From Leucoraja erinacea (Eukaryota): DNA of 64,000 nt. A model generated the notes under the pieces. That model had not been told where the DNA came from. It saw only the letters and a list, made by a program, of their open reading frames with translations, and did no database searches. Below, piece after piece: positions 27,656 to 37,900 of this stretch. A program made the position numbers and the translations under genes. The stretch's first letter is position 1, and each line of letters starts with the position of its first letter. The stretch lies in NCBI RefSeq assembly GCF_028641065.1, contig NC_073394.1, forward strand, positions 20,150,001-20,214,000. The letters are read 5' to 3'.

Positions 27656-27832
27656 GCATTCTCAGCCTTTGTGGGTCAGGGGGTTGGAGCTTCACCTCAG
27701 GTCAAATAGACACCACAACTCAGCAGGACATGCATCTTTGGAAAGAATGGATGGGTGAATGGATTTTTTTAAAAGCAGAGATAGATAGATTCTTGATTAG
27801 TACAGGTCTCGGGGGTTATGGGGAGAAGACAG

Positions 27833-28558
27833 GACAATAGACAATAGGTGCAGGAGTAGGCCATTCGGCCCTTCGAACCAGCACCGCCATTCAATGTGAT
27901 CATGGCTGATCATCCCCAGTCAGTACCCTGTTCCTGCGTTCTCCCCATATCCCCTGACTCCGCTATTTTTAAGAGCCCTATCTAGCTCTCTCTTGAAAGT
28001 ATCCAGAGAACCTGCCTCCACCGCCCTCTGAGGCAGAGAATTCCACAGACTCACCACTCTCTGTGAGAAAAGGTGTTTCCTCGTCTCCGTTCTAAATGGC
28101 TTACTCCTTATTCTTAAACTGTGGCCCCTGGTTCTGGACTCCCCCAACATCGGGAACATGTTTCCTGCCTCTAGCGTGTCCAAACCCTTAACAATCTTAT
28201 ATGTTTCAAAGAGATTCCCTCTCATCCTTCTAAACTCCAGAGTGTACAAGCCCAGCTGCTCCACTCTCTCAGCATATGACAGTCCCGCCATCCCGGAATT
28301 AACCCTGTAAACCTACGCTGCGCTCCCTCAATAGCAAGAATGTCCTTCCTCAAATTAGGGGACCAAAACTGCACACAATACTCCAGGTGTGGTCTCACTA
28401 GGGCTCTGTACAACTGCAGAAGGACCTCTTTGCTGCTATATTCGATTCCTCTTGTTATAAAGGCCAACATGCCATTTGCTTTCTTCACTGCCTGCTGTAC
28501 CTGCATGCTTACTTTCATAGACTGATGTACAAGGCCCCCCAGATCCCGTTGTACTTCC
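27833..28558 (-). mobile_element. CR1 LINE 3' fragment
   Basis: ORFs 27920-28291 and 28222-28581 encode the CR1 ORF2 C-terminus. Confidence 0.9.
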
Positions 28559-29135
28559 ACATTTTTATTGTTCCCCCGCACAATTAAAGCATGGAATAGT
28601 CTTCACCCTATCATAGTTACCCAACCAGATGCAACTAAATTTAAGGTATCTCTTTTTTCCCCCAAGAACCTTTTTTTGTTCAAGTCAAGAGTCAAGAGAG
28701 TTTTATTGTCATGTGGCCCAGATAGGACAATGAAATTCTTGCTTGCTGCAGCACAACAGAATATGTAAACATACTACAGACCAGGAGATAAAGGTTTAGT
28801 GTGTTTATATACCATAGACAATATATATACACAATAAATAAACATATAAAATGCAATAGGCTGTTATTGTTCAACCCTACACCACCTCCAGTTTAAATTT
28901 CATTTAGAATATTTATGGAGGACCAGGAAACCAGAAGCAAGAGTTACTCCAGGGAGTTACTCCAGATCCAGGGTCAGGGATTGATTCTGCGTTTGTTTTC
29001 AGCGGTCGTAGCAGTGCGCATGTGCAAGGCGGCCTGCCGTGCCGGCGGATGAGGAGCGAGCGGAGACCTGGCGGCCCGGACACGGATGGCAGGCGGAGAC
29101 GGAGAGCGACAGAGAGAGAGAGAGAGAGAGAAATA

Positions 29136-29170
<35 letters not shown>

Positions 29171-29335
29171 CAGAGTTGAATGGCATGTGTCCTGCCTTGG
29201 CCGGAGGCCCCCTAGATCTCAAAACCCTAGGCTTCAGCCTATGAAGCTTAGTAGTAAATCCGGCTCTGCGAGACTCCCCAAGATCTCGAGGCCCTAAGCT
29301 TAAGCTTGTTAAGCTTATCAATAAATCCGGCTCTG

Positions 29336-29770
29336 CCTGTACCTTCTTCCTGATGGCAGTGGTGAGATAAGGGTGTGGCCAGGATGGTGTGGGTCTGTGA
29401 TGATTTTGGCTGCCTTTTTGAGGCAGCGACTACGATAGATCCCTTTGACGGTGGGGAGGTCAAATTCGGTGATGGACTGGGCAGTGGTCACAACATTTTG
29501 TAGTCTTTTTCACTCCTGGATGTTTAAGTTGCTGAACCAGGCCATGATGTAATCTGTCAGAATGCTCTCTACCGTGCACCTGTAAACGTTTAGGAGAATC
29601 CTCTTCGACATGCCGAATCTCTGTAATCTTCTCAGGATGTAGAGTCGCTGATGTGCCTTATTTACAATTGCATCAGTGTGCTGGGTCCAGGAAAGATCTT
29701 CTGATATATCCACGCCCAGGAATTCGAAGTTGACCCTCTCCACCATCGCCCCATTGATATAAACAGGATT
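29336..29770 (-). mobile_element. Rex1/Babar LINE fragment
   Basis: FEFLGVDISEDLSWTQHTDAIVNKAHQRLY...YRCTVESILT. Confidence 0.8.
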
Positions 29771-31199
29771 GTGGGAGGGAGAGATAGATCAGCCATGATT
29801 GAATAGCGGAGTAGACTCGATGGGCCGAATGGCCTAATTGTGCTCCTATTAATGACCTTATGACATTTCGGGTTATGACCCTTCTTCAGACTGAGAGTCA
29901 GGGGAGAGGGAGACACAGAGATAAGGAAGGGTAAGGTATGAAAATGAGACATCAAAGTAGCGATGCTACAAAACCTATCATCAGTGGCACTACAAATCTG
30001 CTACTGCCAGTGTGTGCGATTCCGGATGCTTTGGGGGTGGGGGGCGGGATTAAAATGCAGGTTTGTATTGATTGTCGGAGAGGGATTTCTTCGGGCTGCT
30101 AGCTGAAGAAGAAAAATCGTTCGCGCTTCCGTTCGCGGGTTTAAAAAAAAAATTGCTGTACCATTGCGCCGCTGTATTGAACTTAAACGCGACTAGAAAA
30201 GCCTCCACCGCCTTCAACATTACGGATCGCACGTGCAGGACAAAACAAAAGGTATTTCATTTTTTTAACATATTATTTTGCTTTTTCGTGTGACTTTATT
30301 TTAATCTTATGATGCGAAAATGTTATTTAGGCCCCATACAAATCAGCCTTGTCTTGCCTGCCAATATGGGCTTATGATTTACGGCAACGGCAACGTTTCA
30401 ATCAATGTAGAATAGGTAATTGTTAGTGAGGAGAAGGTGACAACGAAGCATACAAATATAACATTTTTAATAATGGGAGAATAGTCAGTGGTTGGAGAAC
30501 TAGGATCGGAGAGGGATGGAGAGAGATGGAAAACAAGGATTTGAGAAGTCAATATGCCGCTGGGTTGTAAGCTGCCCAAGTGAAATATGAGGTGCTGTTC
30601 CTCCAATTTACTTTGGACCTCACTCTGACAGTGGAAGAGGTCCATGACAGATGGGTCAGTATTGTTTCCATTATCATCGTTACATCAAACCCAGGTCTCT
30701 GGCGCTGTGAGGCAGCAACTCTGCCGCTGCGCTACCGTGCCATCCTTACAAAAAGCTAATTATTTTTCTGCCCGAATGGTATCTCTGGCATAGTATTCTC
30801 AAGTGAAGCCACTATTTAAAATGTATATCTCTATGTCAAAATTGCAATTTTATCTTCTGCAGAAGCAACAGTAAGATTTATAGGTCTCCCCATTTGAGAG
30901 AGACTCCACAGCAGAATTATATTTAGAGCAATTTGATTTTGGAAAGTTGGACAAGATCATGGGGTATCTTTGAGATTTACTTGAACGTTAAAGTGTTTCC
31001 TGTGGAATATCTAACCCATAGCATATAATGAACCCGGAACATGGAACAGTACTGCACAGGAACTGGCCATTCGGCCCACAATGTCTGTGTCAAACATGAT
31101 GCTAAAACAAACTAATCTCTTCTGCCTGCATGTTATCCATAAGTATCAAGTCTGCTATCAGATATTCTCCCCAATGTCTATTTCTGTTGATGAAAAACT

Positions 31200-31620
31200 G
31201 TTATCTGTGATCTCTGTGTCCGTCTCTGTCTGTAATATCTGCACCTGAAATCTCTCTATGTCTGCGATCTCTCCCTGTGATCTCTCGATCTGTGATCTCT
31301 CTCTGTCTGCGATCCCTGTGTGTGATATCTCTGATTTCTGTGACAGCGGTCTCTCTTCATCTACGACCTCTCTCTGAATCTCTCTGTCTGCGATCCCTGT
31401 CTGTGATCTCTGTCTACAGTCTCTCTTCATCTGCGACCTCTCTCTGCCTGTGATCTCTGTCTGTGATCTCCCTCTCCACCTGTGACATCTCTGTCTGTGA
31501 TCTCTCTTTCAGTCTGAGATGGAGAGATCCACTCTCGATCTGTAATCTCTCCGCCTGGGATCTGTCTGATCACTCTCTCTGGGGAAATATAATCTCTACC
31601 TCTCAGGTCTGATCTCTCTA
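31200..31620 (+). repeat. Degenerate TC-rich tandem repeat (TCTCTGTCTGYGATC-like units)
   Basis: Recurrent tctgtgatc/tctgcgatc units visible. Confidence 0.8.
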
Positions 31621-31770
31621 TTTCAGATGTCCCGCTGTCTAAGGAAACACTCCTCCCCTCCCCGAGCAGACTGCGCCAAAGATTATGGAGCGGAATCTTT
31701 GTGCTGCGCTGTGTCCCACAGAGGGAGACAGAGAGAGGCAAGGGCAAAGATCCTAGAGGCAAGAGGTTCC

Positions 31771-31802
31771 TCTCCCCGCCCAACACTGGCAAAAGTGAAA
31801 CC
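31771..31802 (+). promoter_or_regulatory. GC box plus IRF-E/ISRE in the promoter of the B7-H6-like gene
   Basis: CTCCCCGCCC (~31772-31781) and AAAAGTGAAACC (31791-31802), about 80 nt upstream of a Kozak ATG (accATGG). Confidence 0.7.
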
Positions 31803-31877
31803 TAAACCCAAGGCGGCGGCTGGCGGCGAGAGGGGTGCGGGGAGCGGCAGCTCGGGGCAGGCTGGACAGCGAGGACC

Positions 31878-31944
31878 ATGGGGTGGCTGGGGAACCCACT
31901 GCGGCCACTCCTGCTCCTGTTGGTGATGTTGACGCCACATTCAG
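31878..31944 (+). CDS. B7-H6-like exon 1: signal peptide
   Basis: MGWLGNPLRPLLLLLVMLTPHS(G); CAG|gtcaga phase-1 donor. Confidence 0.85.
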
Positions 31945-34900
31945 GTCAGAGCCGTGGCTGGGCTGCGCTGGGCTAGGGTACGCGGGCCGAGAGGCCGCTC
32001 GGGTCGCAGAATGGGGAGCTCGGTGCCGGGGTGCGCGACCTACCTTTCCCGGGGGCTGGTCGCTGCCTCGGGGGGTTTAGCCTGGCATCATGGTCGGCAC
32101 GGACATTGTGGGCCGAAGGGCTTGTTCCTCTGCTGATTAACGTGATTCTGGTAGGCCGAAAGGCGTGTTCCTATGATATTGTGGGCCAAAGGGCCTGATC
32201 CTGGGCTATAGGGTGATTTCACTAAAGGGAGGTCAGCTTGGTTATTGCGGACCGAGCAGAGGTGTTCGGCGAAACGATCGCCCAACCTCCGCTTGGTCTC
32301 ACCGATCTAGATCTGCTGACATCTAGAGCAGCGGACGCAATAGATGAGGTTGGAAGAGATGCAGGTAAACCTCTGTCGCACCTGGAACGATTGCTTGGGT
32401 CCTTGAACGTAGTCGAGGGGGGAGGTAAAGGGACAAGTGTTGCATCTCTTGCGGTTGCAAGGGAAAGTGCCCGGGGAGGGGGTGGACCGAGAGGGAAGGG
32501 AAGAATTGACAAGGGAGTTATGGAGGGAGCGGTCTTTGCGGAAGGCAGATATGGGGGGGAGATGGGAAGATGTGGCGAGTGGTGGGGTCACGTTGGAGGT
32601 GGCGAAACTGACGGAGGATTACTTTTTGTATGTGGGCGATCGTTTCGCCGAACACCTCCGCTCGGTCCGCAATAACCAAGCTGACCTCCCGGTGGCTCAG
32701 CACTTCAACTCCCCCTCCCACTCCGTCCCCGACCTCTCTGTCCTGGGTCTCCTCCATGGCCACAGCGAGCAGCACCGGAAATTGGAGGAACAGCACCTCA
32801 TATTCCGTTTGGGGAGTCTGCATCCCGGGGGCATGAACATCGAATTCTCCCAATTTTGTTAGTCCTTGCTGTCTCCTCCCCTTCCTCAACCCCCCTGCTG
32901 TCTCCTCCCATCCCCCAGCCTTCGGGCTCCTCCTGCTTTTCCCTTTCTTGTCCCCACCCACCCCCGCCCCCGATCAGTCTGAAGAAGGGTTTCGGCCCGA
33001 AACGTTGCCTATTTCCTTCGCTCCATAGATGCTGCTGCACCCGCTGAGTTTCTCCAGCTTTTTTGTGTAACCTCCGGTACATGTTAGTGGATGGGAAAAC
33101 ACGCACTTTCCCACCCGTTAAAAACATAAAAAACGGCCAGGTTTTGATCTGCAATTTATTGTGCCAGTCGGGGTTACCGTGAGGCACAGCTAGCTAGAGT
33201 TATAGAAAAAAAAAGATAGAAACTAAGATTTAAAGGTTTAAAGGTCCAAAATATCGTGAATTATCGCGTTTGCTCGCTGAATTTCATCAAAAGTAAGTCA
33301 ATAATGCCTTACTTTTGATGAAATTCAGCGAGCAAACGCGATAATTTCCGATATTTTGGACCTTTAAATCTCCACGGCAAATGTCCGCTGTTCACTTCCG
33401 CTGGATTGGTACCTTCAGCTCCCTCTTTAATTTACCTTAGTTTCTATCTTTTTTTTCCTGTAAATCTAGGTAGCTGTGCCTCACGGTCACCCCGACTGGC
33501 ACAATAAATTGCAGATCAAAACCTGGCCGTTTTCTACGTTTTTAACGGGTGGGAAAGTGCGTGTTTTCCCATCCACTAACATGTACCGGAAGTCTAGCAT
33601 GTCCTCCACTTGAGATTTTTGGTCACGTGGGTGCGGATCTACGCTCCAGTGACCTTTAGTGAAATCACCCTATACTGTTTTATGTATAATAGCACAAATA
33701 TTACGGGCTGACAGCTCTGTTCCTCCACTGTGCTGTTCTATGTGTAATTGTCAGGGCGGCGCAATGGCGCAATGGTAGAGTTGACTTGCTGCCTTACAGC
33801 GCCAGAGATCGTGGTTTGTTCCTGACATCGGGTGCTGCCTACAAGGAGGTTGTACGTTCTCCCTGTGACTGCGTGGGTTTCCCCGGATATTCCGGTTTCC
33901 CCCCACACTCAAAGTACAAGTTTGTAGGTTAACTAACTTTCTGCCAAAATTGTTCCTAGTGAGTAGGATAGTGCTTGTGTACGGGATTATAGCTGGTCTG
34001 CACTGACTCGGTGGGCCAAAGAGCCTATTTCTGCATTGTATCTCTAAAGTTTAAAGCCTCTAAACTCAGCATAGACATTGTGGGCTGAAGGGCCTATTTC
34101 TCTGCTATACTGTTTTATGTAGAATGGGTGGCACGATCTTGTACTGTACTATTTAAGATCCTTGGTGGGGGGTGTCTTTGACAAGATAGTACTTGAGATG
34201 TTTTCTCTGGTGGGAGAGGCATGATCAAGGGGATATGGCTACAAAGTAAGGAGTCGGTCATAGAGCCGCACAGCATGGAATCAGGCCTGTCGACCCACCT
34301 TGTCCATGCTGACCAACGTACCCCATCTAAGCTAGTCCCACCCATCCTCGTTTAGATCATTTTTCTAGGGTGCATTCTAACATGCAAATATTTTAACATA
34401 TTTTAATATGTATATTTGTAAAAAAAATATTCATATTTTAATGTATTTAAAATAATTTTTAATATTCTAATATGTACTTTTTTTTCCAATTTACAGGACA
34501 GTTGACGTTGAAAGCAAGCAAAAGTCCAGCGGAACTCATCCTGTACGAAAATGGACTTCTCGAGTGTGAGATTGCTAATCTCAGTGCGATTACTTTGAAC
34601 CCAAATAATTTAGGTGTTTTATGGGTTTTTACCGGTGGAACTGAAGAATTAAATATCTTTATGTATTCTAACGGACAGATAACAAATCTGTGGGAGGAAG
34701 CAGAGCTGTCTAAAAACTCAATTTTAGATGGAAACATGTCACTTTTCCTGAGACATGTTACGTTAAAACATTTGGGGGAATATCGCTGTGAAGTTTTTAT
34801 TCCACCAAATGACAAAGCTTCTCTGACGGTAAAGCTTGAAGTTTTAGGTAAGGAGATTTCTTGCACTTCACTGTAAATATTTGCGATAAAATAATATATA

Positions 34901-37900
34901 TAGAGCAGTAGTCATTCAGTGCGGAAACAGGCCTTTTGGTCCAACAGGTCTTTTCGTTGCTGCCGACCAACATGCCCCACTTGCTGTCAAACCAAAGCTT
35001 TATTCTGGCTTGATGGAGTTTGCAAAATTATTTTCTCCGATATACAAACTTATATCCAAACTTTTTCAGTCTTCTTACTGTAGGAAGGAAGCCATTAAGC
35101 TGGCGAGAAGATTTAGAAGCATGTTGTCAGGACTCGAGGATTTGAGCTACCGGGAGAGGTTGGGCAGGCTAGGACTTTATTCATAGTCATATAGCACGGA
35201 AACAGGCCCTTCAGTCCAAATGGTCCATGCTGATCAATATGTCCCATCTGCCCATATTTGGCACATATCAGTCTTAACGTTTCCTATCCATGTACCTGTC
35301 CAAATGCTTTTAAATGTTGTTGTAGTACCTACCTCAACTACCTCCTCTGGCAGCTCATTCCATATACCTACCACCCTCTGTGTGAAAGTTTTTGTCATTT
35401 AAATCTTTCCCTTCCCACGTTAAAACTATGTCCTCTGGCTCTTGATTCCCCTATTCTGGATAAAATACTCTGTGCTTTCACCCTATGTATTCCCCTCATG
35501 ATCTTATACACGACTATTAGATCACCTCTCAGCCTTCTGCGCTCCAAGAAATAAAGTCCTAGCCTGCCCAAATGCTCCCTCTAGCTCAGGCCCTTGAGCC
35601 CTGGCAAAATCCTCCTTCGTCTTCTCTGCACTCTTTCCAGCTTAATGGTAGTTTCTTAGAGGATGGAGACCAAATGATTATGGGTACAAGTTTGTATTTC
35701 AGAGAAAATAGTTTTGCAAATTCCATGGTAGACACAAAATGCTGGAGTAACTCAGCGGGACAGGCAGCATCTCTGAAGAGAAGGAATGGGCGACGTTTCG
35801 GGTCAAGACCCTTCTTCATGGGTGACCTTTAGGGTGGAGACCCTTCTTCTAATGCAAATTCCATCTTGCTAGTATAACGCCTTAGTATGAAAGCAAAATT
35901 CTACATTTATTTGATATTTGAAGGAAGAACAAATGTTATTGGAACTCTCATATCAGGTAGAAACTATGAACTGAAAGATATCAAATGTCATAGGTTGATT
36001 GCGTTGCATGGGAGCATCCACGCTGTATTACTAAACTAAGCTAAACTGGGCTCATGCAAGAGCTGTTCCCAAACCAAGTCTTTATGTGACCCAACAGTAT
36101 GTTTTCTATGTTAAGTATAGCCGTTGAGACATTAATATATATATTTTTTTTATAGCACGACCCACAGTAACTATTGTTTCTGAGAAGCTTGTGGAGGTTG
36201 GCACTGGAGGAGAGATGATTTTAGGTTGTCAGTTAAATGGATATTATCCTTGCGAATGCAAAACGGATTGGTTTCAGTCAAACCCGTCACAAAAGAAAAC
36301 AAAGATGTTAACTGATATCTGCATCGCCCCTCCAATCAAAAATCCTGATGGGACATGCAACGTGACTACTGAAGTTCGACTGGAACCTCGTGTAGAAGAT
36401 ATTGGCAGCAGTTTTGAATGCCGGGTGACACACAAGGCATTTCCAGAGTCATACACTGCGAAAGCTGCAGTGACTTTGAAAGGTCAGTTAGTTTTAGTTT
36501 TGGAGATAGTGTGGAAACAGGCCCTTCGGCCCAATGAGTCTGTGCTGACCAACTATTTCCCATACACTAATTCTATCCTACATATTAGGGGCAATTTAAA
36601 GAGGCCAATTAACTTACAAACTCACATGTCTGGAATGTGGGACAAAACCGGAGAACCCGGAGGAAACCCACGCTGTCACGGGGAGAACGTACAAACTCTG
36701 TACAGACAGCACCTGTAGTCAGGATCGAACCTGGGACACAGGCGGTGTAAGACAGCAACTCTACCGCTGCGCTGTAGTGTTCTTTCTATTTTTTAATGAA
36801 AAGTTGAAATTTCAAACTTTTGGTTACGTTCATGTTGAGGGGTAGTCACGGAGTAATCCAGCACGAAAACAGGCCCTTCAGCCCAATTCATTCGTGCCGA
36901 CTAAGATGCCCGCGTTTGGCATATACCCCTCTAACCCTTTCCTCTCCACGTACATATCCAAATGTCTCTTAAATGTTGTGATAGTACCTGCCTCAACTAC
37001 CTCCTCCTGCAACTCGTTCCATATACCCACCACTGTGTAAAAAAAGGTAATCGGGTTTTAATTAAATCTTTCCCCCCTCACCTTAAACTTGGGATCAGAA
37101 GTGACTTTTGGGATGGGTGGAAAGTTGTAACGTGGGGTAGTCATAGAGTTGTACAGCAAGGAAACGGGCCATTCGGCCCAAAGTCTATACAGGTGCACAA
37201 CCTTTTATCCGAAAGCCTTGGGACCAGACACTTGTCGGATTTCGGACATTTTCGGATTTCCGAATGGAAGATTTTTAGCGTAGATTAGGTAGGTAGCGCG
37301 GGCGGCTTGAAAAGTCTGGAGCAGCTGCCTCCTCCCCGGAGACCGGGAGAATCATTGCATAAATGTTAGTCAGTTAGTTTGGAGGGATTTTATGTGGTGG
37401 TGGTGGTGGAGTAGGGGTGAAGGGGGAAACTTTAATTCTTAGTCCCCTACCTGGTCGGCGACTCCCAACCTCGCGGAGCTGGGGGCTTCGTCCGGCCGCG
37501 GGGCGGCGCCGGTTGTAGCTCCGACCCCGGCAACTCTACCCCTGGCTGCGCGGCTCCAAATCCAGCGACGCTCCGCGAACGTTGCATCGGCGGCCACAGC
37601 GCTCCGGAGCTTGCGGACGGCGACCCGGTAAGGCATTGCCCGTCCCCCTGGTGTCCCCAGCGCTGCGACGCCGCCGACTCCCGACATTCGCGGAGCTGGG
37701 GCTCCGGCCGCGGGCCGCGCTGGATTTGGAGCGCCTCGTTCCAGGGGTATAGTTGCCGGGGTCGGACTACACCTGCACTGCGGAGCTTACTAAAAAAAGG
37801 CATTGACCCGTCCCCGCCTCTCGACCAGGTAGGGGACTAAGAATTAAAGTTTACCCCTTCACCCCCCCTTCACATAAAAGCCCTCCAAACTAACTGACTA

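Noticed and set aside
29245-29335. Cluster of HindIII/BglII/XhoI-like sites resembling a polylinker
   Set aside because: Lies between two copies of TAAATCCGGCTCTG, a DNA-transposon-like end; no vector backbone
31158-31792. ORFs with repetitive R/E/D/I content
   Set aside because: Translation of the TC-rich tandem repeat and antisense of the promoter
34497-36482. Tapasin/TAPBPL or SIRP identity for the V-C1 gene
   Set aside because: No tapasin N-terminal domain, TM lysine or C-terminal KKxx; SIRPs have V-C1-C1 before the TM; motifs fit B7-H6 better
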